From an uncultured Bacilli bacterium (lineage in GTDB: Bacteria; Bacillota_I; Bacilli_A; RF39; UBA660): a stretch of 64,000 nt of DNA. The notes beneath the pieces were generated by a model. It was not told the origin of the DNA. It saw nothing but the letters and a program-made list of their open reading frames with translations, and made no database searches. The stretch covers positions 10,339 to 74,338 of the forward strand of contig CALVSW010000005.1 in the NCBI GenBank assembly GCA_944359625.1, read 5' to 3'. Positions 39,421-50,469 of this stretch are shown piece after piece (within the stretch, counting starts at the first letter, position 1; each line of letters begins with the position of its first letter). The position numbers and the translations under genes are program-made.

Positions 39421-39837
39421 ATGACTACAATTAATCAACTTGTTAGAAAAGGAAGAAGTAAGAAGGTTAAGAAAAGTAAGAGCCCTGTTTTAAATATTGG
39501 TTTTAATTCAATGGAAAGAAAAGAAACTGAAGTTAACAGTCCTCAAAAAAGAGGTGTTTGTACAAGAGTTGGTACTCGTACACCAAAAAAACCAAACTCA
39601 GCATTGAGAAAGTATGCACGTGTTAGACTTTCAAATGGTCGTGAAGTTGATACTTATATTCCTGGAGAAGGACATAATTTACAAGAACATAGCGTAGTAT
39701 TAATACGTGGTGGTCGTGTAAAAGACTTAATCGGTGTTAGATATCATATTGTACGTGGTACACTTGATACACAAGGTGTTAATAATAGAAAACAAGGCCG
39801 TAGCAAATATGGTACAAAAAAGCCAAAAAATAAATAG
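39421..39837 (+). CDS. rpsL: 30S ribosomal protein S12
   Basis: [34 protein letters not shown]; AAGGAGG RBS before ATG 39421. Confidence 0.98.
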   Translation: MTTINQLVRKGRSKKVKKSKSPVLNIGFNSMERKETEVNSPQKRGVCTRVGTRTPKKPNSALRKYARVRLSNGREVDTYIPGEGHNLQEHSVVLIRGGRVKDLIGVRYHIVRGTLDTQGVNNRKQGRSKYGTKKPKNK

Positions 39838-39855
39838 TTAAGGAAGGAGATAATT

Positions 39856-40323
39856 ATGCGTAAAAGACGTGCAATAAAAAGAGACGTATTACCTGATTCT
39901 TTATATCATTCAAAAGTAGTTACAAAACTTGTAAATACTATTATGATTGATGGTAAAAAGGGTACGGCTGAAAAGATTCTTTATGATGCATTTGATATAA
40001 TAAAGAAGCAAACAAACCAAGAACCTCTAGATGTTTTTACTGAAGCAATGAAAAATATTAAACCTGCTTTAGAAGTAAAATCAAGAAGAGTTGGTGGTTC
40101 AAATGTACAAGTTCCAATTGAAGTATCTGATGATAGAGCTCAAGCATTAGCATTACGTTGGCTAGTTAATTATGCTAAATTACGTAATGGAAAAGGAATG
40201 GCTATTAATTTAGCAAATGAAATAATGGATGCTGCTAAAGGTGTTGGTGGCGCTGTTAAAAAACGTGAGGATACTCATAAGATGGCAGAAGCTAATAAGG
40301 CATTTGCTCATTATAGATGGTAG
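39856..40323 (+). CDS. rpsG: 30S ribosomal protein S7
   Basis: [28 protein letters not shown]. Confidence 0.98.
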   Translation: MRKRRAIKRDVLPDSLYHSKVVTKLVNTIMIDGKKGTAEKILYDAFDIIKKQTNQEPLDVFTEAMKNIKPALEVKSRRVGGSNVQVPIEVSDDRAQALALRWLVNYAKLRNGKGMAINLANEIMDAAKGVGGAVKKREDTHKMAEANKAFAHYRW

Positions 40324-40329
40324 GTAATT

Positions 40330-42402
40330 ATGGCAAGAGATGTTTCAATAGATAAAGTAAGAAATATTGGTATTATGGCTCATATTGATGCCGGGAAAAC
40401 CACTTTTACCGAAAGAATTTTATTTCATACTGGTATAACTCATAAAATAGGAGAAACACATGATGGTGAATCTCAAATGGACTGGATGGAACAAGAAAAA
40501 GAAAGAGGTATTACAATTACTTCTGCTGCTACTACAGCTCATTGGAAGGGATATCGTTTAAATATAATTGATACCCCGGGACATGTTGATTTTACTGTTG
40601 AAGTTCAAAGAAGTTTAAGAGTATTAGATGGTTCAATTTGCCTTTTAGATGCTAATGCTGGTGTTGAGCCTCAATCAGAAACAGTATGGCGTCAAGCTAC
40701 TGAATATAAAGTTCCAAGAATGATTTTTGCTAATAAAATGGATAAAATAGGAGCTGATTTCCAATTTACACTTGATACTATTAAATCAAGATTAAATGTT
40801 AATTATGCCCCAATTCAATGGCCAATAGGAGCAGAAAATGAATTTAATGGAATTGTTGATTTAATTACTAGAAAAGCTTACCATTATGATGGTGAGGAAC
40901 ACGAAAATCCAACAGAGATTGAAATCCCAGCTGATATGGTTGATTTAGTTGAAAAGAAGAGAACTGAATTAATTGAAAAAGCTGTTGAATTTGATGATGC
41001 TTTAATGGAAAAATATTTAATGGGAGAGGAATTAACTGTTGAAGAAATAAAAGGGGCAATTCGTAAAGGTGTTTTGGCTGCTGAGTTTTTCCCCGTAATG
41101 TGTGGTAGTGCGCTATCTAATATTGGTGTAAAGCTTGTGCTAGATGCTATTATCGATTATATGCCAGCACCAACAGATATTCCTGCTATTGAATGTTTTG
41201 ATAAAGATGGCAATGATGTTTTAAGACATCCAAGTGATTCTGAACCATTTACTGCTTTAGCATTTAAGATTATGACAGATCCATTTGTTGGCCGTTTAGC
41301 ATTCTTTAGAGTTTATTCTGGACATCTTTCGAGTGGTTCATACATATTAAATTCTACTAAGAATGTTAAAGAGAGAGTTGGTCGTATATTACAAATGCAT
41401 GCAAATAATCGTAAGGAAATAACTGAAGTTTATTGCGGTGAAATTGCTGCTGCTGTTGGTTTAAAATCTACTACAACTGCTGATACATTATGCGATGAAA
41501 AAAATCCTGTAATTATGAAGGGTATGGAATTCCCATTACCAGTTATTGACGAAGCTATTGAACCAAAATCAAAAGCTGATGTTGATAAAATGGGTATAGC
41601 TCTACAAAAGTTAGCAGAAGAAGATCCAACATTTAAATATTCAACTGATTTTGAAACTGGTCAAACAGTTATTAGTGGAATGGGCGAATTACATTTAGAA
41701 GTATTAGTTCGTCGTATGAAAGATGAATTTAATGTTGATGTTAATGTTGGTCGTCCACAAGTTGCTTATCGTGAAACAATTACACAAATGGGTGAATGTG
41801 AAGGTAAGTATATTAAACAATCTGGTGGACGTGGACAATACGGTCATGTTTGGGTTAGATTTGAACCAAATCCAGGAAAAGGTTATGAATTTGTTGATGC
41901 TGTTGTAGGTGGTGTAGTTCCTCGTGAATATATTCCAGTTACAGATAAAGGTTTACAAGAAGCTTTAGCAGGTGGTGTACTTGCTGGATATCCAATGGTC
42001 GATATTAAAGCAACACTTTTTGATGGTTCATACCATGATGTCGATTCATCAGAAATGGCATTTAAAATTGCTGCATCATTAGCTGTTAAAGAAACTAAAA
42101 ATAAATGTAAACCAGTTATTTTAGAACCAATTATGAAAGTTGCTGTTACTGTTCCAGAAGAATATATGGGTAATGTAATGGGTGACTTAACAAGTCGTAG
42201 AGGTCGTCCACTTGGTCAAGAATCTCGTGGCAATGCTTTACAAATTATGGCAATGGTTCCACTAGCTGAAATGTTTGGGTATGCAACTGCTTTAAGAAGT
42301 AATACTCAAGGTCGTGGAAACTTTGTTATGGAACTAGATCATTACGATGAAGTTCCAAAATCTATTGCTGAAGATATTATTAAGAAAAATAGTGTTAACT
42401 AA
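40330..42402 (+). CDS. fusA: Elongation factor G
   Basis: [46 protein letters not shown]. Confidence 0.98.
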   Translation: MARDVSIDKVRNIGIMAHIDAGKTTFTERILFHTGITHKIGETHDGESQMDWMEQEKERGITITSAATTAHWKGYRLNIIDTPGHVDFTVEVQRSLRVLDGSICLLDANAGVEPQSETVWRQATEYKVPRMIFANKMDKIGADFQFTLDTIKSRLNVNYAPIQWPIGAENEFNGIVDLITRKAYHYDGEEHENPTEIEIPADMVDLVEKKRTELIEKAVEFDDALMEKYLMGEELTVEEIKGAIRKGVLAAEFFPVMCGSALSNIGVKLVLDAIIDYMPAPTDIPAIECFDKDGNDVLRHPSDSEPFTALAFKIMTDPFVGRLAFFRVYSGHLSSGSYILNSTKNVKERVGRILQMHANNRKEITEVYCGEIAAAVGLKSTTTADTLCDEKNPVIMKGMEFPLPVIDEAIEPKSKADVDKMGIALQKLAEEDPTFKYSTDFETGQTVISGMGELHLEVLVRRMKDEFNVDVNVGRPQVAYRETITQMGECEGKYIKQSGGRGQYGHVWVRFEPNPGKGYEFVDAVVGGVVPREYIPVTDKGLQEALAGGVLAGYPMVDIKATLFDGSYHDVDSSEMAFKIAASLAVKETKNKCKPVILEPIMKVAVTVPEEYMGNVMGDLTSRRGRPLGQESRGNALQIMAMVPLAEMFGYATALRSNTQGRGNFVMELDHYDEVPKSIAEDIIKKNSVN

Positions 42403-42470
42403 AAATAATGCTTGCAAAAAATTAAAGCTTTAGATAAAATATATATGTATTTAAGAAGGAGGAAAAAATT

Positions 42471-43643
42471 ATGGCAATTGGAGTTTATGATAGAGCTAAA
42501 GAACATTTAAATGTTGGTACTATCGGACATGTAGATCATGGTAAAACTACTTTGACTGCTGCTATTACAAAATATTTCGGAAAATTTGTTGATTATGCAG
42601 ATATCGACAAAGCTCCAGAAGAAAGAGAAAGAGGTATTACTATTAATACCGCTCATGTTGAGTATGAAACTGAAAAACGTCATTATGCTCACGTAGACTG
42701 CCCAGGACATGCTGATTATGTTAAAAATATGATTACTGGTGCAGCTCAAATGGATGGTGCTATCCTAGTTGTTTCTGCAACTGATGGCCCTATGCCACAA
42801 ACTAGAGAACATATTTTACTTGCTCGTCAAGTTGGTGTTCCAAAGATTATTGTATTCATGAATAAGGTTGATCAAGTTGACGATCCAGAATTACTTGATT
42901 TAGTAGAAATGGAAATTCGTGAATTATTAGGAGAATATGGTTTTGATTCAGAATGTCCTATCATTCGCGGATCTGCTCTTAAAGCTCTTGAAGGTGATGA
43001 ATCTGATATTGGTGCTGGTGCTATTAGAAAGTTAATGGAAGCTTGTGATTCATATTTTGATGTGCCAGTTAGAGATTTAGATAAACCATTCTTAATGAGC
43101 ATTGAAGATGTATTTACAATTTCAGGACGTGGTACAGTTGTTACTGGACGTGTTGAAAGAGGTCAATTACATCTTAATGATGAAGTAGAAATCGTTGGAT
43201 TAAAGGAAACTAAGAAGACTGTTGCAACTGGTATTGAAATGTTTAGAAAATCTTTAGATGTTGCAATGGCTGGTGATAATGCTGGTGTATTATTACGTGG
43301 TATTAATAGAGATGAAGTTGAAAGAGGACAAGTTCTTGCTAAACCAGGATCTGTTACTCCTCATCATAAATTTACTGCTAAGGTATATGTACTAAGCAAA
43401 GAAGAAGGCGGACGTCATACTCCATTCTTCTCAAATTACAGACCACAATTCTATTTTAGAACAACTGATGTTACTGGTGTAATCGAATTACCTGCTGGTG
43501 TTGAAATGGTTATGCCTGGTGATAATGTTGACATGACAGTTGATTTAATTGCTCCTGTTGCACTAGAAGTTGGTACTAAGTTCTCTATTCGTGAAGGCGG
43601 ACGTACTGTTGGTGCTGGTTCTGTTGTAGAAATTATTGAGTAA
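42471..43643 (+). CDS. tuf: Elongation factor Tu
   Basis: [36 protein letters not shown]. Confidence 0.98.
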   Translation: MAIGVYDRAKEHLNVGTIGHVDHGKTTLTAAITKYFGKFVDYADIDKAPEERERGITINTAHVEYETEKRHYAHVDCPGHADYVKNMITGAAQMDGAILVVSATDGPMPQTREHILLARQVGVPKIIVFMNKVDQVDDPELLDLVEMEIRELLGEYGFDSECPIIRGSALKALEGDESDIGAGAIRKLMEACDSYFDVPVRDLDKPFLMSIEDVFTISGRGTVVTGRVERGQLHLNDEVEIVGLKETKKTVATGIEMFRKSLDVAMAGDNAGVLLRGINRDEVERGQVLAKPGSVTPHHKFTAKVYVLSKEEGGRHTPFFSNYRPQFYFRTTDVTGVIELPAGVEMVMPGDNVDMTVDLIAPVALEVGTKFSIREGGRTVGAGSVVEIIE

Positions 43644-43649
43644 TAAATT

Positions 43650-43677
43650 TAAGGTTCAGATTGCTGAACCTTTTTTG
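43650..43677 (+). terminator. tuf terminator
   Basis: aaggttcag-attg-ctgaacctt followed by T run. Confidence 0.85.
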
Positions 43678-43725
43678 TTGACTTTATTATTTATTAAGGT
43701 TAGAATAATGTTAAGGAGAATCGAT

Positions 43726-44298
43726 ATGAAAGAAAGCAAAAAAATTGTTAATACTATGACTATATTTTCTATAATAGGAGATATTTTATTATTATTGCTA
43801 GGTTCTTATTTTGCTCTAAATCCAACTATTTCCGCTTCGTTTATGGGCTATATGTTTGGAATAGCATTAATTATTACAGGTGTTTATAATTCTATTAAAT
43901 ATGTTGTCAATTTTGAAGTGAGTAAATTTTTTATAAATAGTCTTATTTATGGAATAATAAGTATATTAGCAGGAATTATAATTGTTTTTAATCCTTTCTC
44001 ATTTGCTAATATTGTAAGTATAATGTTAGGAATATGGTTAATTATTTCTTCTATATTCCGTGGTACTCTTGTTTGGCAATTAAAGAAATATAATGAAGAA
44101 ATTTGGCCAATTTCATTAACTATATCTCTTCTAACTTTGATACTAGGTATTTTAGTTCTAATTAATCCATTTGAATCATACCTTTTATTAACAACTTTTA
44201 TTGGTATATTAATTGCTTGTTATGCAGCAAGTGATATATTACAACAATTACTATTTAGAAAAAGACTTAATGAGATAATTAAAATTTTTTATAGATAA
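43726..44298 (+). CDS. HdeD/DUF308 membrane protein
   Basis: Six TM with two NPF repeats; AAGGAG RBS before ATG 43726. Confidence 0.8.
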   Translation: MKESKKIVNTMTIFSIIGDILLLLLGSYFALNPTISASFMGYMFGIALIITGVYNSIKYVVNFEVSKFFINSLIYGIISILAGIIIVFNPFSFANIVSIMLGIWLIISSIFRGTLVWQLKKYNEEIWPISLTISLLTLILGILVLINPFESYLLLTTFIGILIACYAASDILQQLLFRKRLNEIIKIFYR

Positions 44299-44405
44299 GC
44301 ATTTTGTATGCTTTTTTTATATTTAAATTAAAATTAAAGATAAATTATTTTGGTTGATAATATTAAAGAAATGGATTATACTATGTATTGTAAAAGGTGG
44401 TAAAA

Positions 44406-45638
44406 ATGAAAATAAGTAAAGTTTTTGGAAGAGAAATTTTGGATTCAAGAGGTAATCCTACTGTTGAATGTGAAGTGACTTTAGAAAATGGTGTTAGTGC
44501 TATTGCATCAGTACCATCAGGCGCTTCTACAGGAAGTCGTGAAGCACTAGAGTTACGTGATAATGATATGAATCGTTACCATGGTAAGGGTGTATTAAAA
44601 GCTGTAGACAATATAAATTCTATTATTGGACCCAAATTAGTTGGTATGGAAATATCTCAAAATAAAGTTGATTCTATATTAAACTCTTTAGATGGAACTG
44701 ATAATAAATCTAATTTAGGGGCTAATGCTACATTAGCTGTTTCATTAGCTTGTTTAAGAGTTCAAGCAAAAGCAATGAATAAAGAATTATATGAATTTGT
44801 TAGTGGTGGAAAAATTACCCTTCCTATTCCAATGATGAATATTGTAAATGGTGGAAAACATGCTAATAACGATTTAGATATTCAAGAATTTATGATAGTT
44901 CCAGTTGTTAAAACATTTAAAGAAAGATTAAGAGCTGGTTCAGAAATTTTCCATACATTAAAAAGTATTTTAGCTAACCAAGGTTTTTTAACTACTGTTG
45001 GTGATGAAGGTGGTTTTGCACCAAATTTGAAGAGTAATGAAGAAGCATTACAATTGATTGTTAAAGCTATAAATGATTCTGGTTACAAATCAGGTGAAGA
45101 TGTATTTATAGCATTAGATGTAGCTGCAAGTGAAATTTATGATAAAGATACTAATACATATAGTATTGATGGGAAAAAATTAACACCAGAAGAATTAACT
45201 AATTATTATCTTGATTTAATTCATCGTTATCCAATTGTAAGTATCGAAGATCCTTTTATGGAAGATGATTTTGATAATTTTAGTAAATTAACTAAACTTA
45301 TTGGTGAAAAAATTATGTTAGTTGGTGACGATTATTTTGTTACTAATAAAAAATATTTAGAGCTTGGTATTTCTAAACATGCTGGTAATACAATTTTGTT
45401 AAAAGCAAATCAAATTGGTACTATTACCGAAATGATAAATACTATTATAACTGCTAAAAAGAATAATTATAAAATGATTATTTCTCATCGTAGTGGGGAA
45501 ACAGAAGATACATTTATTGCTGATTTAGCAGCTGGATTTAATATTCCTTATATTAAAACTGGATCATTATCACGTGGAGAGAGAATTGCTAAATATAATC
45601 GCTTATTAAGAATTGAAGAAAGAGTTATGAATAAATAA
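44406..45638 (+). CDS. eno: Enolase
   Basis: REILDSRGNPTVE, VPSGASTG, GDEGG, SHRSGETED, KTGS. Confidence 0.97.
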   Translation: MKISKVFGREILDSRGNPTVECEVTLENGVSAIASVPSGASTGSREALELRDNDMNRYHGKGVLKAVDNINSIIGPKLVGMEISQNKVDSILNSLDGTDNKSNLGANATLAVSLACLRVQAKAMNKELYEFVSGGKITLPIPMMNIVNGGKHANNDLDIQEFMIVPVVKTFKERLRAGSEIFHTLKSILANQGFLTTVGDEGGFAPNLKSNEEALQLIVKAINDSGYKSGEDVFIALDVAASEIYDKDTNTYSIDGKKLTPEELTNYYLDLIHRYPIVSIEDPFMEDDFDNFSKLTKLIGEKIMLVGDDYFVTNKKYLELGISKHAGNTILLKANQIGTITEMINTIITAKKNNYKMIISHRSGETEDTFIADLAAGFNIPYIKTGSLSRGERIAKYNRLLRIEERVMNK

Positions 45639-45696
45639 CTTTTATTGAAAAAATAATAAATGTATGGTATAGTTTTTAAAGGAAATGGAGTGCTTT

Positions 45697-45915
45697 ATGG
45701 AAACTATATTATTGGTTGTTTCGATATTATTAATTGCAATTGTATTGCTACAAAGTAATAAGGCTAGTGATGCTGGTCAAATTATAACTGGTGGTAATGA
45801 GGCCTTGTTTACACATCAAAAAGAACGTGGTTTAGAACTTTTAATTAGTCGTTTAACTCTTATTTTAGGGGTTTTATTCTTCGTTATATCTCTTATTATG
45901 TTTTTACAGAAATAG
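45697..45915 (+). CDS. secG: Preprotein translocase subunit SecG
   Basis: VLLQS...I.GG...LF...K.RG.E; 2 TM; eno-secG-rnr synteny. Confidence 0.92.
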   Translation: METILLVVSILLIAIVLLQSNKASDAGQIITGGNEALFTHQKERGLELLISRLTLILGVLFFVISLIMFLQK

Positions 45916-45949
45916 TCGTAATTTCGACTTTTTTGTTATGGAGGAAACT

Positions 45950-46375
45950 ATGACTTACAAAAATGGTTTTACAATTGTTGAACTTTTGGCGGTATTAGTT
46001 ATTATGGCTTCAGCTGGTATTGTTATTAGTATGAATATGCAAGGATTAGAATCTCGAGATAATAATGATAATAAAATAGAGAATATTCGTAGGATTGAGG
46101 AAGCTGCTTGCAGTTATGTAGATAAAATTGATTTTGATTTAGATGGTAATGGTAAAGATCGTGATTACTGCATGGATACTAATGAGTGTAATATTACTTT
46201 AGCTGAATTAATTAGACAAGGTTATATAGATGAAGATTTATACTATGATGATGAAGGCCATTATTATCGTGATTTTAAGGATGATATTATAGTTGAAGTT
46301 CGCTGGATTGATACTGACGAATATAAAGTGAAAAAGTGTAGTTGTAAAATTGATGGGCATGATTGTATAGAATAA
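45950..46375 (+). CDS. Prepilin-type N-terminal cleavage/methylation protein
   Basis: KNG|FTIVELLAVLVI class III signal; ITLAELIRQGYI; six Cys; GGAGG RBS. Confidence 0.85.
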   Translation: MTYKNGFTIVELLAVLVIMASAGIVISMNMQGLESRDNNDNKIENIRRIEEAACSYVDKIDFDLDGNGKDRDYCMDTNECNITLAELIRQGYIDEDLYYDDEGHYYRDFKDDIIVEVRWIDTDEYKVKKCSCKIDGHDCIE

Positions 46376-46427
46376 GTAAAATTTTATTAAGTTTTACTTT
46401 TTTTATTTCATTTATGTTAAAATTATA

Positions 46428-48569
46428 ATGAAAGGAATGATTTTTATTAAAGATAAATTATTAAAAATATTAGAAAATATTCATGAAGCTAAAAGTTTAA
46501 TAGAAATTAATGACTTATTAAATTTAAAAACAGTTGATGAATTAAAAGAATTACAAAATATTTTAAAAGAATTAGTAGATGATTATACAATATACTATAC
46601 TAAAAAAGAAAAATATATTCTTTTAAAAAACTGTCCTAGTTTAAAGATTGGCAAAATTTCAGTTAATAAAAAAGGATTTGGCTTTTTAATTCTACCTAAT
46701 GAAGAAGATTTATATATTGATGATGATAATTTAGGCGATGCTATTGATGATGATATCGTTTTATGTGAAAAATTCAAACGTGGATTAAAAGAGGAAGCAC
46801 GTGTATTAAAGGTTGTAAAACGTGAATTAAAAAATCTTGTAGGTGAAGTATATTATGAAAATGATATTCCTTACTTAAAATTAGATGACAATAAAAAAGA
46901 TATTAAAGTTAAATTAGATAAAGAATCTGCTTCTCAATGTGTAGCTGGACATAAAGTTTTAGTTTCAGTAGAAAAGGAAATAAAGAATCATCTTTATTTA
47001 GGCCGTGTTTTAAAAATAATTGGCCATAAAGATGATCCTGGAGTTGATATTTTAAGTATAGCGTATAAATATAGTATTTATAGTGATTTTCCTGAAGCAG
47101 TATTAAACGAATTAGAAGATTTACCTATTACAGTAAGTAAAGAAGAATTAATAAATAGACGTGATTTAACAGATAAGATTATTTTTACTATAGATGATGA
47201 TAGTACTAAAGATATCGATGATGCTATTAGTCTTGAAATGGATAATGATAATTATGTACTTGGTGTTCATATTGCTGATGTATCTCATTATGTAAAAGAA
47301 AATACTGCATTAGGTGATGAAGCATTTTTAAGAGGAACTTCTTCTTATTTAGCTGATACAGTTATACCTATGCTGCCTCATCAATTATCTAACGGGATAT
47401 GCTCTTTAAATGAAAATGTAATACGTCTTACATTTAGTTGTGAAATGGTTTATGATTCAAATGGTAAGTTATTAGATTATGATATATTTCCTAGTTTTAT
47501 AAAAAGCAGTAAGAAAATGACATATAAAAAGGTAAATGATATTTTAATGCGTGATATTGTTGATCCTGAATATGCAAAATATAAAGATATCTTATTAAAA
47601 ATGAATGAATTAGCGCATATTCTTCGTAAATATAAAGAAAAAAGGGGATATATTGATTTTAATTTAGATGAAGCAAAAATTATTCAGGATAGTAGTGGAA
47701 AAGCAATTGATATTCAAAAAAGAATACGTGAAGATGGTGAAAAATTAATTGAAGATTTTATGATTGCGGCAAATGAATGTGTAGCTACTCATATATATAA
47801 TATGGATTTACCATTTATTTATCGAGTTCATGAAACCCCAAAACCTGAAAAAATAGAAGAATTTTTAACAATGATTAAATTATTAGGTTATAAAACAAGA
47901 ACTAATTTAAAAAATATTACACCCCATACTATGCAAAATTTATTAGCTGAATTAGCTGGAGTAAAAGAATTTAAAACTTTATCAAGTATGCTTTTAAGAA
48001 GTATGCGTAAAGCTGTGTATTCTAAAGATAATATAGGACATTTTGGAATTGCTTCGAGTGCTTATACGCATTTTACGTCACCAATAAGAAGATTTCCAGA
48101 TTTAGAAGTTCATCGTCTTTTAAAAAAATATTTAGTTGACCAAGATTTTTCAATGACTACTATTGATAATCTAAATACTTCACTAGATGAAATCGCTGAT
48201 CATTCTTCTGAAAGAGAGGTTGCTGCTCAAAACGCTGAACGTGATGTTGATGATATGAAAATGGCTGAGTATATGGAAAGTCATGTAGGCGAAGAATATA
48301 TAGGAAAAATAAGTTCAGTAACAAATTTTGGCTTTTTTGTCCAATTAGAAAATTTAATAGAAGGTTTAGTTCACGTTAGTACTTTAAAAGGTGATTATTA
48401 TAATTATGTTCCGGAACTTTTAAGCATAGTTGGTAAAAGTACTAAAAAAGTTTATCGATTAGGTGATGAGATAAAGGTTAAATGTGTAGCAGCTTCTAAA
48501 TACACATCTTTAATTGATTTTGAGGTGATTGAAGATAATGGAAATAATAAATCGCAAAGCAAAGTATAA
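46428..48569 (+). CDS. rnr: Ribonuclease R
   Basis: TID...KDIDDA, VHIADVS, YTHFTSPIRR.PD, C-terminal S1 domain. Confidence 0.96.
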   Translation: MKGMIFIKDKLLKILENIHEAKSLIEINDLLNLKTVDELKELQNILKELVDDYTIYYTKKEKYILLKNCPSLKIGKISVNKKGFGFLILPNEEDLYIDDDNLGDAIDDDIVLCEKFKRGLKEEARVLKVVKRELKNLVGEVYYENDIPYLKLDDNKKDIKVKLDKESASQCVAGHKVLVSVEKEIKNHLYLGRVLKIIGHKDDPGVDILSIAYKYSIYSDFPEAVLNELEDLPITVSKEELINRRDLTDKIIFTIDDDSTKDIDDAISLEMDNDNYVLGVHIADVSHYVKENTALGDEAFLRGTSSYLADTVIPMLPHQLSNGICSLNENVIRLTFSCEMVYDSNGKLLDYDIFPSFIKSSKKMTYKKVNDILMRDIVDPEYAKYKDILLKMNELAHILRKYKEKRGYIDFNLDEAKIIQDSSGKAIDIQKRIREDGEKLIEDFMIAANECVATHIYNMDLPFIYRVHETPKPEKIEEFLTMIKLLGYKTRTNLKNITPHTMQNLLAELAGVKEFKTLSSMLLRSMRKAVYSKDNIGHFGIASSAYTHFTSPIRRFPDLEVHRLLKKYLVDQDFSMTTIDNLNTSLDEIADHSSEREVAAQNAERDVDDMKMAEYMESHVGEEYIGKISSVTNFGFFVQLENLIEGLVHVSTLKGDYYNYVPELLSIVGKSTKKVYRLGDEIKVKCVAASKYTSLIDFEVIEDNGNNKSQSKV

Positions 48570-48966
48570 TTATTTTATTGAGGATCGTTATGTAGCAGGG
48601 ATTGAACTAAAAGGAACAGAAATAAAAAGTCTTCGCAAAAATTCTTGTGATTTGAGTGATGCTTTTGTAATTATAAAAAATAGTGAAGCTTTTTTATTAA
48701 ATGCATATATTGCTAAATACGATGAAGGAAATCAATTTAATCATGAAGAAAGAAGAACAAGAAGATTATTACTTCATAAATCAGAAATAAGAAAGATTTT
48801 AATTGCAAGTCAAAAAGATGGCTATACGCTTGTTCCTCTTAGAATATTTTTAGTAAATGGAAAAGCTAAAGTAGAAATTGGAATTTGTCGTGGCAAAAAA
48901 ACATATGATAAAAGAGAAACAATAAAAAAACGAGATTTGGAAAGAGAAATAAGAAGACGATATTAA
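48538..48966 (+). CDS. smpB: SsrA-binding protein
   Basis: NRKA, AGIEL.GTEIKS, LLLHK.EI, GKK.YDKR. Confidence 0.97.
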   Translation: MEIINRKAKYNYFIEDRYVAGIELKGTEIKSLRKNSCDLSDAFVIIKNSEAFLLNAYIAKYDEGNQFNHEERRTRRLLLHKSEIRKILIASQKDGYTLVPLRIFLVNGKAKVEIGICRGKKTYDKRETIKKRDLEREIRRRY

Positions 48967-49020
48967 ATTGATATATAGTCATATTTATGGTATATTAATG
49001 GTAATAAGAGGATAGATAAT

Positions 49021-50097
49021 ATGAGAAGATTAAAGAAAAAAAATGTAATTATTATTGTTTGTTCATTAGTTATTTTAGCTATAATTGTCGTTTTTGCATT
49101 TGTCATCCTTAATAATAAAAGCGATATGAACGGTACATCGAGCCAAGATGAATCAGCTACCGAAGAACCAATAAAAAAATTACAGATAATCAATGAAGAC
49201 TCAAATTCCAGACCTTATGCAGTTATGATAAATAATCATCCTCAAGCTCGTGCTCATCATGCTGGCTTACAAGATGCTTATATAATTTATGAAATGATAG
49301 TCGAAGGAGGATTAACTCGTTATCTTGCTTTATTTAAAGATCAAGATACTGAAAAAATTGGTAGTGTTCGTTCTAGTCGTCATTATTTTTTAGATTATGC
49401 TCTTGAAAACGATGCTATATATGTTCACTGGGGTTATTCTCCTCAGGCCAAAAGTGATATAAAAAGTTTAAACATTGATAATATTGATGGTTTAGTATAT
49501 GAGGGTAAATATTTTTATCGTGATCGTAGTTTAGGCGTTGCCACTGAACATACAGGATTTACTACTATGGAGTTTTTAAAAGAAGCTACGGAAAAATTAA
49601 AATACCGTGATACAAGTAATCAAGACACGTTATTAAATTATACGACTGATGTTGTTGATTTAAGTAGTAAAGAGGATAGTATAGTAGCTGATGAAGTTAC
49701 TATTAAATACTCTTCTTCTGTAACCGATAAATATGTTTATGATAGTACTTTAGGCGTTTATAAAAGATATGTTAATGGTAAAGAACACGTTGATGATGTT
49801 ACCAAAGAACAATACACATTTAAAAATATTATAACCTATCAAGTAGAAAATGATACTATTAGTGGTGATGATAAAGGTAGACAAGAATTTTATAATGTTA
49901 GTGAAGGAACTGGGTATTATATAACAAATGGTTATGCAATAAAAATAAAATGGTCTAAAAAAGATCGTAGTTCTCAAACTAAGTATACATATTTAAATGG
50001 TGAAGAAATTGAAGTTAACGATGGTAATACATTTATTCAAATTCAACCTAAAAATCAGAAATTGGAAATAAAAGAAAATAATGAGAATAATAATTAA
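49021..50097 (+). CDS. DUF3048 (YerB-like) membrane-anchored protein
   Basis: RPYAVMINNH..AR, GL..A...YE..VEGG.TR, G.VRS.RHYF. Confidence 0.88.
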   Translation: MRRLKKKNVIIIVCSLVILAIIVVFAFVILNNKSDMNGTSSQDESATEEPIKKLQIINEDSNSRPYAVMINNHPQARAHHAGLQDAYIIYEMIVEGGLTRYLALFKDQDTEKIGSVRSSRHYFLDYALENDAIYVHWGYSPQAKSDIKSLNIDNIDGLVYEGKYFYRDRSLGVATEHTGFTTMEFLKEATEKLKYRDTSNQDTLLNYTTDVVDLSSKEDSIVADEVTIKYSSSVTDKYVYDSTLGVYKRYVNGKEHVDDVTKEQYTFKNIITYQVENDTISGDDKGRQEFYNVSEGTGYYITNGYAIKIKWSKKDRSSQTKYTYLNGEEIEVNDGNTFIQIQPKNQKLEIKENNENNN

Positions 50098-50109
50098 TAG
50101 GGAGTTATT

Positions 50110-50364
50110 ATGAATAAAATAGGTGAGATATTAGGGAATTTTTATATATTATTTATTGCGATTACTATTTTTTTGATTTTAGCACTTATTGGTTATTTTA
50201 TTGATCAAAAACATCCCGATGAACCTAAAAAGAAAGTGTTAGATTCAGCTGAGGAATTAGAAGCTAAACTAGCTAATGCCAAAGGAAAAACATTTAGTGC
50301 TGCTGTTAAAAATGATAATGCAAGCAGTTCTTTAGATAGTAATACTAACAATTCAAATATTTAA
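50110..50364 (+). CDS. Hypothetical single-TM protein
   Basis: GGGAG RBS; hydrophobic stretch ending ALIGY; followed by a terminator. Confidence 0.7.
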   Translation: MNKIGEILGNFYILFIAITIFLILALIGYFIDQKHPDEPKKKVLDSAEELEAKLANAKGKTFSAAVKNDNASSSLDSNTNNSNI

Positions 50365-50469
50365 TATAATTAAGGTAACTTTGATGTTACTTTTTTTGCT
50401 TTATTAAAATGAGTAGAAAAGTGATTAATAATTTGCTATAATATGAAAAGTAGAAAGTGAGATGTTGCT

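Noticed and set aside
48967-49020. tmRNA (ssrA) expected after smpB
   Set aside because: Only a 54-bp spacer containing a promoter and RBS
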